Below, piece after piece: positions 38,800 to 53,059 of a stretch of 64,000 nucleotides of DNA. Source of the stretch: Mobula hypostoma. Its lineage: Eukaryota. Below the pieces are notes generated by a model. It saw nothing but the letters and a program-made list of their open reading frames with translations. It had not been told where the DNA came from and made no database searches. The position numbers and the translations under genes are program-made. Positions within the stretch are counted from its first letter, which is position 1. Each line of letters starts with the position of its first letter. The stretch spans positions 27,716,001 to 27,780,000 of the forward strand of contig NC_086108.1 of the NCBI RefSeq assembly GCF_963921235.1. Direction: 5' to 3'.

Positions 38800-41115
38800 T
38801 TTCTGGTAAGACTCGCGGTGATGGCTTGTGTGTCTACATCAATACTGAATGGTGCAAGAACTCTGTGCTGGTTTCAAGATACTGCTCATCGCTAGTGGAG
38901 TTTGTGACTGTTAGATGCAGACCATTTTATTTACCGTGGGAATTCACCACTGTCCTTATAGTCGGTGTGTACATTCCCTCCAGCGCTAATGCTGAGGAGG
39001 CGATCTGTGAACTGTATAGGGCTATTAGCGAATTGCAGAACGCACGCCCTGATGGACTGTTTATTGTCGCCGGTGATTTTAACCACGCTAATGTTAAGTC
39101 AGTGCTTCCCAAATTCCATCAGTATGTAGACTTTGCAACGAGAGGGGCGAACATGTTGGTCCTTGTTTACACAAACATTCCGACGCGTATTGGGCAGAGC
39201 CCCGCCCCCACCTCAGCTACTCAAACCACATCTCTGTTATGCTCATCCCAGCATACAGACGGCTCGTCAGACGCTCCAGACCAGTTCAAAAGCAGGTGAA
39301 AACCTGGCCAGCAGGAGCCATCTCTGCTCTTCAAGACTGCTTTGAGCACACTGACTGGCACATGTTCAGGGAGGCTGCAACTGATGACGACTCTACCAAC
39401 TTAGAGGAGTACACGGCATCAGTGATCAGTGACTACCTACATTAGCAAGTGTATTGATGACGTCACTGTGGCCAAGACCATCACTACATGTGCTAACCAG
39501 AAGCCATGGATGACCGCGGAGGTGCCTGCGCTGCTGAGGACCCACAATTGAGCAGGGTCAACCCACAGAAGGCTGCTGGACCAAACAATATTCCTGGCAG
39601 AGTGCTTAGAGGATTTTCAGACCAGCTGGCTGAGATTCTCATTGACATCTTCAACATCTCCCTGAGCAGCGCCATTGTTCCTACGTGCTTCAAGGCCGCC
39701 ACCGTTGTCCCCATGTCAAAGAAGTCTTCAGTGTCCTGCCTCAACGACTACCATCCCATCGCACTCACATCCATCATCATGAAGTGTTTTGAGAGGTTTA
39801 TCATGAGGCGCATCAAGACCTGCTGCCCCCCTCACTGGACCCCCTGTAGTTCGCGTACCGTCCCAACCGTTGAACAGACGATGCCATTGCCATCACCCTC
39901 CACCTGCACAAAAAAGGCACGTACGTTCGAATGCTGTTCATAGACTTCAGTTCAGCATTCAACACAATCATTCCTCAGAAACTGATTGGAAAGCTGAGCC
40001 TACTGGGCCTGAACACCTCCCTCTGCAACTGGATCCTAGACTTCCTGAGTGGGAGACCCCAGTCAGTCCGGATTGGAAGCAGCATCTCCAACATCATCAC
40101 ACTGAGCATGGGGGCCCCCCAGGGCCGTATGCTCAGTCCACTGCTGTTCACTCTGCTGACCCACGACTGTGTTGCAACACACAGCTCGAACCACATCATC
40201 AAGTTCGCCGATGACACGATCGTGGTGGGTCTCATCAGCAAGAACGATGAGTCAGCATACAGAGAGGAGGTGCAGAGCCAACAACCTGTCTCTGAACGTG
40301 AACAAAACAAAAGAGATGGTTGTTGACTTCAGGAGGACACAGAGCGACCACTCTCTGCTGAACATCGACGACTTCTCCATAGAAATTGTTAAAAGCACAA
40401 AATTTCTTGGTGTTCACCTGGCGGAGAATCTCACCTGGTCCCTCAACACCAGCTCCATAGCAAAGAAAGCCCAGCAGCGTCTCTACTTTCTGCAAATGCT
40501 GAAAAAGTTCATCTCCCACCCCCCCCCCATCCTCACCACATTCTACAGAGGTTGTATTGAGAGCATCCTGAGCAGCTGCATCACTGCCTGGTTCGGAAAT
40601 TGCACCGTCTCGGATCACAAAACCCTGCAGCGGATAGTGAGGTCAGCTGAGAAGATCATCGGGGTCTCTCTTCCCACCATTACAGACATTTACACCACAC
40701 GCTGCATCCGTAAAGCAAACAGCATTATGAAGGACCCCACACACCCCTCATACAAACTCTTCTCCCTCCTGCCATCTGGCAAGAGGCACCGAAGACTATG
40801 TAACAGTTTCTTTCCCCAAGCCATCAGACTCCTCAATACCCAGAGCCTGGACTGACACCGACCTACTGCCCTCTACTGTGCCTATTGTCTTATTTATTAT
40901 TTATTGTAATCCCTGCACTGTTTTGTGCACTTTATGCAGTCCTGGGTAGGTCCGTAGTCTAGTGTAGTTTTGTGTTGCTTTACATAGTTCAGTGTAGTTT
41001 TTGTATTGTTCATGTAGCACCATGGTTCTGAAAAAACGTTGCCTCGATTTTAATGTGTACTGTACCAGCAGTTATGGTTGAAATGACAATGAATGTGACT
41101 TGACTTGACTTGACT
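38800..41115 (+). mobile_element. Rex1/Babar LINE with internal deletion and (TGACT)n tail
   Basis: [49 protein letters not shown]; linker missing near 39545. Confidence 0.93.
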
Positions 41116-41608
41116 GGAGTGTTGCTCGGAAGAACACAGTAGAAAAAAGAAACTAACAGGGGCAAGGATGGCAGCAGGCTCAGAATGAGGGGGCTTCGAC
41201 TGGTAGTTCGAGTTTTCAGACAGAGTAAGAGGCAGAGGAGCATGAGTGATGAAAGTGTAGACATTTAAGACTAGTTTAGAATGGAGTAAAAGGAAAAACC
41301 AGTAAAAGATTCCTCAGTCAATGTATCCTCAAAGCGGGATTCTGTGCATATGATGTAATGAACTCAATAGGTGCCTGTGATAAGACTTACCCTTGACACC
41401 AGAGAGGAACCTAGTTTAGCTTAAAAAGATCTAATTGAGTTCTATAATGTAACCATGTCAGAGGACGAAGAAGGACGAGATACTATTGAGGGATTCAGAT
41501 TCAGACTCAAATGCATTTATCTATCACATACATTGAAATGCGCCATTTACATTAACAAGCAACACAACCTAACAATGTGTTGGGGGCAGACTGCAAGTGC
41601 TGCCACAC

Positions 41609-41750
41609 CCCCAGCACATTGTGACACTAGCATACTGTATCCCCAGCCCATTGTGACACCAGCATACTGTATCCCCAGCACATTGTGACACCAGCATACT
41701 GTATCCCCAGCCCATTGTGACACCAACATAATGTATCCGCAGCCCACAAT
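41609..41750. repeat. 32-bp minisatellite, ~4.4 copies, inside a minus-strand non-autonomous repeat (~41495-42060)
   Basis: Unit CCCCAGC(A/C)CATTGTGACACCAGCATACTGTAT at 41609, 41641, 41673, 41705. Confidence 0.9.
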
Positions 41751-42244
41751 GTTCAGCAGAACAACACAAGCAACGACAATAACAAAACAAAGCAAAACAA
41801 GCCCCTTTCCTCCATCCCACCCACCTACTCACACACACAGTCAGTCCTCCAACCCTAGGGCAAGCCGCCTCCTGGCCTCCAGCCTCAATGGACTTACAAA
41901 CTCACAAACTAAGGGCTTCGACCATCGAGCCTTGACCTTCAGACTCGCTGACTTCAGTCTTCAATCTTTGATCCCCAATATTCGGTATTGGCCCTAGAAT
42001 TCACCGATAATGGGGCCTCAAACTCCAGGCTTTGAATTCCAGACTCTCCGATATGTGCAACTGCAGTCCAAATTAACAACCGGAACCAGAAAGGTAGTAA
42101 TTTCTTGGTCGCTACCTTAGCCATGCATCCACTTTATGTGGGATGTAGATCACCTTTAAATTAGTGGGTGGAGGTAAAGTAGGTTCCAGTGATACAAACA
42201 TTAACACTTGGTTACTATGGCTGTCTTCTCCTGCTGGTTCCTTT

Positions 42245-42800
42245 CAGGTTGTTATAGCTGGAGATAATAATAGGGACAAACTCCCACTGCCTATTAAATG
42301 CTCTCAAAGGCGTGCAGCTCAAAAAGCCTCTGACAACCAAGTCCAGCTCCAGCTCTTCACATGTGGCTTAACTACTAAGCTTCGTGGAACCATTTCTACT
42401 GACAAGAGAAGGGGCAAAGGCAGGTTCTGGCACCTTAAAACTAGTCGCTTTGGGCAGATGGGGTTCAGCAGCCATGATTTTCTGCTCATCTGTTCTCAAA
42501 CTTCCAATGCCTTGTAGCTATACCCACTCATAGGGTAGGCTGCGGTAGTAAACCTCAAATGAAAATCCAGAGCTGGAGTCCTCAAGGCAGTCCTAGATTG
42601 AGTTTAACAATGACTGGCAACTCCTATAACACTGCTGCTGCCAAACTGTATTGGTTTCTGCTGTTCCTTTCGGTTCATCAGATGCGTGGAGAGGGGGAGA
42701 TTGCTACACGGGCAATAGCTCACTCTCCATATTTTATTGCCCTAGCTTGTGTAACTAGACAGCTAGGACACAGCTTCCATGGTTTACCCTAACTAACAGA
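42245..42800 (+). mobile_element. Possible RTE 5' UTR-like repeat
   Basis: Recalled resemblance of tggcaccttaaaactagtcgc and neighbouring motifs; no coding support. Confidence 0.35.
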
Positions 42801-43149
42801 GGCCGCAACGATTCTCCTGTTCAGTTGCTGAGGTTTTAAAATAACCCGAGCATCTTACAAACTTACACCCATTAGGAAAGAGCAAAGTTGCAATGCAGAA
42901 TAGCAAATGAATAATCAGTGTCTGCTAGGAAGGACCAGTGTATGCATGTGCAAGAGTTAGAACAGATAAAAATGTTAGATTGGCAAAATGGAATGCTAAT
43001 TATGTTAAAGTAGCATTCTTAACAATGCAATATCCACAGAGGTGATTTCAAGTTTCCGGTCGGTTTAATTTTCCATTTCACTCTCACACTGGAATATCTG
43101 TGGCCTCTTGTACTGTTACAATAAGGCCCAATGTATGTTTGAGAGACAA

Positions 43150-44860
43150 TACTTCATCAACTCACACAAAATGCTGGAGAAACTCAACAGGCCAGGCAGC
43201 ATCTATGAAGGAAAGTGAAGAGTCAATGTTTTGGGCCAAGACCCTTCATCAGGACAGGAAAGGGACAAAGGGGCAGAAGCCAGGATAAAAAGTAGCAGAA
43301 GGGGGAGGAACACAAGCTGGGAGGAAAAATGTGAGTACAGGTGAGGGGGGAGATATGTGGGTAAGGGAGGAGGGATGAAAGGAAATGAAGTGAGAGGCTA
43401 GGAGGTGATAGGTGGAAGAGGTAAAGGGCTGAAAAAGAAGGAATTGGATAGGAGAGATTGCAGACCATGGATAAAGGGAGGGATGTGAAGAAGCAGATGG
43501 GCAAGGAGGAGAAGTCAAGGGGTGAGAACGCCATGCGAAAAGGGGTTGAGGAACAGAGGAGGGATGCTACTGTAAGCTAGAGAAACTAATATTGATGGTA
43601 TCAAGTTGGAGACTACCAAGACAAAATACAAGGTGCTGCATCTCAAACTTGCAGTTGCCCTTTTTGTGGCAGCACAGGAAGTCCTGGATAGATGAGTCAG
43701 AATGGGAAATTATATGGGAAGTGGAATTGAAATAGGTGACTTCCAGGAGATCCTGACTGTTGTGAAGGTGCTCAAGAAAGCGGTTCACCAATCAGCTTTG
43801 GGTCTCACCGATACAGAGAAGGAGCACTAGATGTAAGAAATAATCCCAATAGACTCATCAGAAAAGTGCCACCTCACATGGAGGAACTGATTTCAGGCCC
43901 TGAATGGTGGTGAGGGTGGAGCTCTAGGGGCAGGTGTGGCATTTGTCATGGTTGTAAGGGTAAGTACCAGGATGGAGATCAGTAGACAGGGATGAGTGGA
44001 CAAGGAAGTCGCAGAGACAGCAATCCCTGCAGAAAGATATGCCCGCTGTGGGATCCTGTTGGTGATGGCAGATGTTATGGAGGTGGTAGGTAAGGACAAG
44101 CGAACCCTATCCTTGTTAGGTCAGGGGGTGATGTAGTGAAGGCAGATGGACAGAAAATGAAGGAAATATAGGTGAGGGCAGCATTGATTGTGCTGGAAGG
44201 GAAACTCTGTTTCCTGAAAAGAAGAGTTTACATTGGGTGTCCTGGAATAGAAAGCCTCATCCTCTGAACAAATGCATCAGAAGTGGAGGGTTTGAAGAAG
44301 GGGATAGCAATTTTACAAGTGATATGGTGAAGATAACTGTGGGAGTCAGTGGGTCTGTAAAAGGTATCAGTAGATAATTTATCTCTGAAGACGGAGACAC
44401 AGAGGTCAAGGAAGGAGAGAGTGGTGTCAGAGATAGACCAAGTAAATTTGACAGTAGGTAAATTTGGAGGCAAAGTTGATGAAATTGATGAGCTCAGCAC
44501 AAGTGCAGGAAGTAACACCAACACAGTTATTAACATAACAGAGAAAGAGTTGGGGAGCATCACTACAGTAGGTTTGGAAGATGGGCTGTTCTGTGTAGCC
44601 ACCAAAAAGGCAGGCATGGCTGGTGCTCATGTGAGTGCCTATGGGTGCACCTTTAGTTTGGAGAAAGTGGGAGGAGACAAAAGAGAAGTTGTTGAGGGTG
44701 AGATCCAGTTCTGCAAGATGGAGGAGGGTGGTGGTGAAAGGAAACTAGATAGGTCTGTTGTCAAGAAAGAAGTACAGAACCTTAAGGCCTTCCTGTTGGG
44801 GATAGAACTATAAATGGAATGGATGCCCATGATGAAAATGAGATTGTCAGGGCAGCATAC
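43150..44860 (-). mobile_element. Older Penelope-like element with decayed hammerhead (43221-43256)
   Basis: FTWSISDTTLSFLD...TFYRPTDSHSYL; HLVFCLGSLQ; minus strand CTGATGA-AGGGTCTTGGCCC-AAAA-CATT-GACT. Confidence 0.88.
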
Positions 44861-45715
44861 CAGGCAGCACATTCCTGGTATCCACCATTCTCCAAGTAAA
44901 AAAACTTACACATCATATCCCCTATCATGCCTTCCTTTCCTGAGTTCTTCCTGCTGAGACATTTCTGTGTTACTTCTACAAACGTAGGTTGACCCGCTGA
45001 ATGATTCCAGCATTTTTGGTTTTATTTCATATATCTGGAATCTGCATACTTATTTGATATTTTTACCTGACTCATGTACCCACCAAGTAACCCAGATAAG
45101 TAAAGATATAATTAAGCAAGCACAGTTATTAGATTTTTCACCAAACACATTCCAGGAATATTATAAAATGATGATGGAGGCTCAGGCATATAATAAAATT
45201 ATAATGGAGAAAGATACATCGCAAGGTGCCCTGTGAATACAGCTAGGTCAAAATGTCCTTTATCAATTTAAGGTGTAGGCTGCAAGTTAACTTTGTCATG
45301 GTTACTGGAGAGAAATGAATCACAGGAAGGCCGTATGTACTAAGAGCTGAAAATGCAATAGTTCCAGCTGCTAAACTCTTTTTAACTTTATTTTTAACCA
45401 TTTACCTCCAAGATTCTGCTGCATGAGCAGTTCTCTACAGAACTTCCAAGTGCACACTATTTGATATCTCCTTCCTTTATTGGAAATTGAAGGTGCTAGT
45501 CTAGTACTCTTCTCCAGGGTGAACCTCTGCTGTAGTGTCGATGAATTTCAGGAGATGCAACATCTCAGTTATGACGTTAGAGAATCCCTTTCCTCTGATC
45601 TTTAATACATGGGACAGGGGAGCAATAATCTCATATGTTCATGCTTAGTGATGGATCTAAAAACATGGCCTTCAACGTGCTAGGTCCACATAAATGATCG
45701 ATCTTCCACCAACAC

Positions 45716-46091
45716 TCATCATCAATATCTGCCGTGTCGTATGACGTGGCAATTATGGTCTTTGATCATGATTGTTCTTGGCAATTTTTTCTATGGAAGT
45801 GGTTTTCCACTGCCTTCTTCTGGTCAGTGTCCTTACAGGATGGACAACTCCAGCCATTATCAACACTCTTTACAAACTGTTTGCCTGCCTGCAGTGGTCA
45901 CACAACTTGAACATGTGATATACACCAACTACTCATAGGACCATCCACCACCTGCCCCCATGGCTTCACGTGACCCTGATCAGGGGGCTAAGCAGGTACT
46001 ACACCTTGCCCAAGGGTGATTTACATGCTAGCAAAGTGAAGGACTGCCTTACATCTCCTTTGGCAGAGATGTATCTCCACTCCACCCACCC
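45716..46091 (-). mobile_element. SINE-like element with RTE-type 3' region (copy 1)
   Basis: Reverse complement of 54827-55208. Confidence 0.8.
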
Positions 46092-46129
46092 CAAAAATTC
46101 TCCCCGGCCCTCAATTCCTATTAACTCCT

Positions 46130-46325
46130 CCTGAATCTACAAAACACAGCTGCACACTAGAAGCAACTTACAGTGGCTAATGAACATCCCCCAACAGACA
46201 TGAATTTGGGCTGTAGGAGGAAAATAGAGCCTCATGGGTTGGAGAGAAGAATTACAGGGCGAATGTGAAAACCCAGCACAAGCAGTACCCGAAGACAGGA
46301 TTGAACATGGGTCAATGGAGCTGTA
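46130..46325 (-). mobile_element. Diverged tRNA-derived SINE
   Basis: tttgggctgtaggaggaaaat...ggattgaacatgggtc. Confidence 0.6.
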
Positions 46326-47179
46326 AGGTTGCTTCAAATCTTACATAATTCCAGCATGGAAAAGTATTATCATACCTTTGTCATCATTGGGTCATCATCC
46401 TGGAGCTTCATTTCTAACACACATCAATGAAAAGGCCACATCAGAGGCTAACTAAATGGCAGAAAATGGATATAAAATTCTCATTCTGAAAGCAAGTGCG
46501 GAATAGAAATGTGCTTTTAAGCTTGTGCAGATGATTAAAGAATTATCATTGCAGTGTGGAAATTATTTTCCATTGAAGTTTTCTGACTGACCTATTCCAA
46601 CAAAATGAAACCATGATGAAAAAAATATTTCCCATTGTTTTCCTTCAATAACTTTCACTTTTTATCAATGAATTAAACTGCTTAAGTTTTACCTGAGGTA
46701 TCAAGACAAGAGAAGAAAACACATAGTAGTTCTTCTTTTAGATAATAAATTTACAAGACCAATTACTTAATCTGTATTTACCAACAGAAATTCTATTTCA
46801 CTATGCATCTTGGTCTCATTGAGACTTTTTGCTTTAGATCAGTAAAAGATACAAGTGGTGCTCAGTGGCAGGTGATGCCTGGAGGCTTGTTCAGTGCTGC
46901 CCTGGTACTGGCTTATGGGCTCCCTTAGTGAGTGCTGCCACACTGTTGCACTGGCACTCCCACAGTACTTCTCTGATTTGGCTCTGAGACTGCCAAGAAT
47001 ATGGTCAGCACAACCAGCTAGCCTGAATCCCAGGCATATTCCATAAAAGAGAGTAAAAGAGTTTGAGAGATTGAGCATGTTTAAAAGAGAGTGGGAAAAA
47101 GATTACATAAAGAGGAACTCAATGTGAGTGACCAAGATGGCATACTTGTGTGAATGAGGGGTACGAACACCAGAGAATG

Positions 47180-47460
47180 ATTGAATTGACTTTATTTCTT
47201 ACATCTTGCACATACATGTGGAGTAAAAACCTTTACGTTACGTCTCCATCTAAATTTGCAATGTGCAATCATAGTAGTTTATAATAATTTATAATAAATA
47301 GAACAGTCAATGTAATATAGAGTACACTCAGGTCAGCGTGAGTACATCAGTCTGATGGCCTGGTGGAAGAAACTGTCCTGGAGCCCTTTTTACACACCTG
47401 TCCTTGTAAAAGTCTTGAATCATGGGAAGTTCACAACTGCAGATGCGCTGGGCTGTCCCA
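47180..47460 (-). mobile_element. Rex1-type 3' end fragment
   Basis: Minus strand reads SFFHQAIRLM; AATAAA and short tandem tail. Confidence 0.7.
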
Positions 47461-47725
47461 TTTTTTTTTTAAACCATTGATTTTAAAATATCCTACAGAA
47501 AAAAATATGAGCAGTCCTTTGGCATATCCACTGATTTTCTAGATCCAATGGGACAGGTGAATTCTATCAAGAGTCTGTCCCATGGGGCGTCACGTGATGA
47601 CGTGGGATTGAGACGTGTAAATCCAGCTCTCCCGCAACAAATTAGTAAAGTACCGTTTAAACAAAACAAAGTTAATAAATATTTTCTGAAAACTATTTAT
47701 AAACTTTGTAAGACTACTTTACGAT

Positions 47726-48843
47726 ATGCCTCCTAAACCGCAACAAAAGAAGTCTGCTGTTGCAAAGCAGCCGCGAGAGGGGAAGAAAAAAGGGCCTACT
47801 GCAACGATGGAGCCTCGGACTCAGGTTGGATCTCCTTCGGTAGCACAGGGAGCAATGGCGGTGGTAACGGGTTCTTCGAAGAAGGCACCGGAAATGCGCA
47901 TGCGCAAAGAAGAGCGCATGCGCAAATCGACACAATGCAAACTACAAGAACCGACAGCCACTGCAATTGAAAATGACTCAGAGTCAGAATTGGATTCTAC
48001 AGAGAACACAGATGAAGAAGAGGAGGAAGAATTGGAAGCGATTGGAAGTAAAGGAGATGATAGAGACATAAGAGAGGCTATATTGCAATTAACGGCTGAG
48101 CTAAGAAAAGTAAGAGAAGAGCTTAGAGATACGAATATGTGCTATAATAAAGTTATGGAAAGACAGGACAAAATGGATAAGAAGCTTCAAAAGATGGAAA
48201 GAGCAATGGGGCATATGAATGATAGAGTGGAAAAAGCAGAAAATGATTTGCTTGTCTGGAACTCAGAAAGAAATCGACTCTTGGAGAAAGTGGACATGTT
48301 GGAAAATTTCAGTAGATGTAATAATATTAAAATTGTTGGTCTTAAAGAAGGTACGGAGGGAGAAAAACCAATAGAATTTTTTCAAAAATGGATCCCGGAT
48401 GTTTTGCAAATGGAAGAGGAGGTTCGACCAATTGAAATTGAACGGGCACATAGAACTCTAAGACCAAAACCAAAAGATGACCAATATCCACAATCGATTT
48501 TAATAAAATTCTTAAGATTTCAAGACAAGGAAAGGATTCTACAGGCAGCTGCTCGAGCTGCCAAGGATAGAAAAGAGCCATTGATAATTAAAGGGAACAA
48601 AGTTTTTTTCTACCCTGATATAAGTTATGAACTTTTGAAGAGAAGGAAGAAATTTAATCCAGTGAAAAAAAACCCTATGGGATCATGGTTATCAATTTAT
48701 ACTGTGTTATCCTGCAACCTTGAAGATTTTTTTGCCTGGTGGAGAAAAGAGATTTTTTGATGACTACCAGAAAGCAGAGCGGTTTGTGCGAGATTCTCTG
48801 AATATTCACCAGATACAAGAACAAATCCAGGGGAGCGAGATAG
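47726..48843 (+). pseudogene. L1 ORF1p (coiled coil, RRM, CTD), frameshift in A-run ~48670
   Basis: LENFSRCNNIKIVGL, IEIERAHR, FYPDIS; continues YPATLKIF in another frame. Confidence 0.9.
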
Positions 48844-49316
48844 ATTGAAGATGAAGATTGGGTTAAAGAATGGACTTGTTGGATTTTTGAAGCTGGATGA
48901 ATGTATAAATATATCATTAATTATACGAGGGGGGTAAGAAAGGTTAAAACTGGAGGAATATTAGTTGTGAATAGTAACACTAATTTTGTCTGTATATATA
49001 TAATTTTTTTTGTTGCGGGGCAGCTGGAAGAAGCACTGATCGATTGCTATGCTAATCATGTGTGCAAGCGTGGCTTTTGCCACGACCCGTAAAATGGAGG
49101 GGGGTAGTGTTGTGTATCTTTTCATTCACAACATTAGTGGAGGGGTATTTTGTTTTTTCTTTTTTTGTATTCTTTCTATCTTTTCTTTTCTTTTTGCCTG
49201 GAAGGTTGGGAGGGAAACACATAGCAACATGGTGAAGTTTAAAGAGATTCCCCAAGGAGATATGAGAGTTGAGAAGATAAGTAATGTTTTAGATTGGAGT
49301 AACTTTGTTAAGAATA

Positions 49317-52300
49317 ATGACTAATTTATTGAATTTTTTGAGTTTTAATGTTAATGGGCTTAATGGACCAGTGAAAAGAAAAATAATCTTAACACATATT
49401 AAAAAAATGAAGATAGATTTATCTTTTTTACAGGAAACACACCTAACAGAAACAGAACATCAGAAACTAAAGAGAGATTGGGTGGGAAGTGTTGTTGCGG
49501 CTTCATTTCATTCAAAAGCGAGGGGAGTAGCAATTTTGATCAATAAAACGTTACCAATTAGAATACAAAATGTAATAACTGATTCTGCGGGGAGATATGT
49601 GATTATACATTGTCAATGTTTTTCTGAATTATGGACTTTTATGAATATTTATGCACCAAACGAAAATGATGCAAAATTCATACAAGAAGCTTTTCTGAAT
49701 TTGGCGGATGCACATGAAAAAATATTAATTGGAGGAGACTTTAATTTTTGCTTAGAACCAGTCTTAGATAGATCAATCAAGGCTGTTATAAAATCGAAGG
49801 TAGTAAATTTAACTTTATCATTGATGAAGGATTTAAATTTGATTGATATATGGAGAAGAATCAATCCTAAAGAAAGAGACTATTCGTTCTATTCCCATAG
49901 ACATAAAACTTACTCAAGGATAGATTTGTTTCTATTATCAATGCATATTCAACACAGAGTGAAAAATATGGAATATAAAGCAAGAATATTATCAGATCAT
50001 TCCCCTTTATTAATGACAATAATAATGGCTGATAAGGAAGAAGTGGCTTATAGATGGAGATTTAATTCAACATTATTAAAACGTCAAGATTTCTGTGATT
50101 TTATGAAAAAGCAGATTCAATTTTTTTTGGATACAAATTTTCATTCAGTGGATGATAAATTTATATTATGGGATGCGATGAAAGCATATCTTAGGGACCA
50201 GATAATAAGTTATACGTCTAAAATTAAAAAAGAATATATGGCAGAACTAGATCAACTGGAAAAAGAGATTACAAAAATAGAAAAAGAATCTCAAAGATAT
50301 ATGTCAGAAGAAAAACGAAGACAACTTGTTAATAAGAAGTTACAATATAAAATGCTTCAGACATATAGAACGGAAAAAGCAATTATAAGAACTAAACAAA
50401 GGTATTATGAGTTAGGTGAGAGAGCACATAAAATTTTTGCCTGGCAGTTGAAAACAGAACAAGCTTCCAAAACAATAAATGCAATTAGAACAAGGGCAAA
50501 TAGAATATCTTATAAACCTCTTGAAATAAATGAAACTTTTAAAAATTTCTATTCTGAATTATATCAATCAGAATCCCAAAATGATGTTAATGAGATAGAA
50601 AGGTTTTTATCACAAATTTCTCTTCCAAAATTGAATTTGGAAGAACAGAAGGGATTAGATATGCCTTTTACATTAAAAGACGTTGAAGAAGCTTTAGTAT
50701 CACTCCAAAGTAATAAATCTCCAGGAGAAGATGGTTTTCCACCTGAATTTTATAAAAAATTTAAAGATTTATTATTTCCTCTTTTTATGGAACTAATACG
50801 TCAAGCAGAAAAAATACAAAAACTTCCAGAATCTTTTTCAACAGCGATTGTAATAGTATTGCCAAAAAAAGACAGAGACCCTATGAAACCAACATCATAC
50901 AGGCCTATTTCTTTATTGAATACGGATTATAAAATAATAGCAAAATTTTTATCGAATAGATTATCTAAATATTTACCAAAATTAATACATATGGATCAAA
51001 CAGGATTTATTAAAAATAGACAATTGGCAGATAATGTAACCCGGCTACTCAGTATAATTCATTTGGCACAAAAAAGGGATGAGAAGAGTATAGTAGTAGC
51101 TTTGGATGCAGAAAAAGCATTTGATAGATTAGAATGGGATTTTTTATTTAAAGTATTAGAAAAATATGGGTTAGGAACATCTTTTATAAATTGGATTAAA
51201 ACTTTAAATTCTAACCTTAAAGCTAAAGTAGTGACAAATTCTCAAATTTCAACACCATTCCAGTTAAAAAGGTCAACTAGACAAGGTTGTCCATTATCAC
51301 CTGCTTTATTTGTACTGGCGATAGAGCCATTAGCAGAACTAATCAGAATTGATCCAGATATTATGGATTTTAGAGTTAATCAGGAGGAATATAAAATTAA
51401 TCATTTTGCCGATGATATTTTGATCTACTTAACAAACCCACAACATTCATTACATAAATTATCTTCTCAATTAGATGAATATGGGAAGGTATCAGGTTAC
51501 GAAATAAATTGGGATAAAAGTGAAATTTTACCTGTTACTAAAGGAGACTATAGTCAATGTCGATTAGTAACCCAATTTAGATGGCCGGTAAATGGTATAA
51601 AGTATTTAGGTATAAGACTTGATAATGATGTAAAGAATTTATATAAATTTAATTATTTACCACTGTTGAAAAAAATTCAAGAAGATTTTGACAAATGGAT
51701 GATACTACCAATAACATTAGTAGGTAGAGTCAATGTTGTAAAAATGAATATATTTCCTAGATTACAGTATTTGTTTCAAACATTACCAATACAATTGCCA
51801 CAGAAATTTTTCAAGAGTTAAGTAAATGTGTGAGAAAATTTCTTTGGAAAGGTAAAATGTCAAGAATATCATTGGAAAAATTGACATGTAAGTTTAGGTT
51901 AGGAGGGTTACAACTTCCAAACTTTAAAAACTATTATAAAGCAAATCAACTTAGATTTATTGCATCTTTCTTCGATGATCAAAAACCAGCATGGATTAAA
52001 ATAGAACTAGATAAGATAGGAGAAAATAGACCTGAAGATTTTATATATAAATGGGAATCTAAATGGATACGGGAAAAGAAAGAATCTCCTATATTAACAC
52101 ATTTGATTGATTTATGGAATAAGATAAACGATGATAATGAAACACAGAAATCTCTATTAGCAAGGAGACCTTTGTTCCAAAACAGACTTATTCCTTTTAC
52201 AATGGACAATCAACTTTTATATAATTGGTACCAAAAAGGGATTAAATTTATAGGAGATTGTTATGAACGAGGTATATTGATGTCATTTGAACAATTAAAG

Positions 52301-53059
52301 GATAAATATAAAATATCTAATAATACTTTCTTGTTACTTAAAAGGTAAGCTGGGTCTAACAATGTTTTTGCCAAAACCTAAGGAAATTGGAATTTTAATT
52401 CAAAAAGGGAAAATTAAAAAAATTATTTCTTGTATGTATAATTTGATTCAAGAACAGACAATTAAACAAGGAACCCATAAGTCAAAGCAAAAATGGGAAA
52501 CAGATTTGAATATTAATATTGATGAAACAAATTGGTCAAGAGTATGACAAATACAATAAATGTTCGACTTAGATTAGTACAATATAATTTTTTACACCAA
52601 TTATATATTACACCACAAAAAATAAATAGATTAAATTCAAATCTATCTGATAAATGCTTTCGGTGTAATCAAGGAATTGGTACTTTTTTACATTCTACTT
52701 GGTCTTGTTTTAAAATTCAACCCTTTTGGATAAATTTAAGAGTTTTATTGGAACAAATTACTGGAACTCAGCTTCCACATAACCCTGTATTATTTCTATT
52801 AGGTGATATTGAAGGGATAAAACCGAAACTTAAATTGAATAAATATCAGAAAGAATTTATAAAAATTGCATTGGCAGTAGCTAAGAAGACTATAGCAGTT
52901 ACTTGGAAATCTGATTCGTATTTAAGTATGGATCGTTGGAATAATGAAATGGCTAGTTCTATTCCACTCGAAAAAATTACTTATAATTTAAGAGATAAAT
53001 ATGTAACATTTTTGAATATTTGGCGCCCTTATTTACAAAAGATAGGATGGCATATTTAA
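49317..53059 (+). pseudogene. L1 ORF2p (APE endonuclease, RT, CCHC domain), frameshifted in the 3' part
   Basis: SFNVNGL, LQETH, GGDFN, SRID, SDH, YRPISL, LDAEKAFD, RQGCPLSP, FADD; CFRC...H...C; open to ~51820. Confidence 0.95.

Noticed and set aside
41609..41750. 32-bp repeats as a CRISPR array
   Set aside because: Units are directly adjacent with no unique spacers, in eukaryotic repeat context; it is a minisatellite.
42330..42420. HDV-like ribozyme in the RTE-like repeat
   Set aside because: A TTCACAT loop-like motif is present, but I could not build consistent P1, P2 and P3 pairings.
49305..51821. 838-aa ORF as an active L1 ORF2
   Set aside because: It ends early through frameshifts before the CCHC domain, and ORF1 is frameshifted too.
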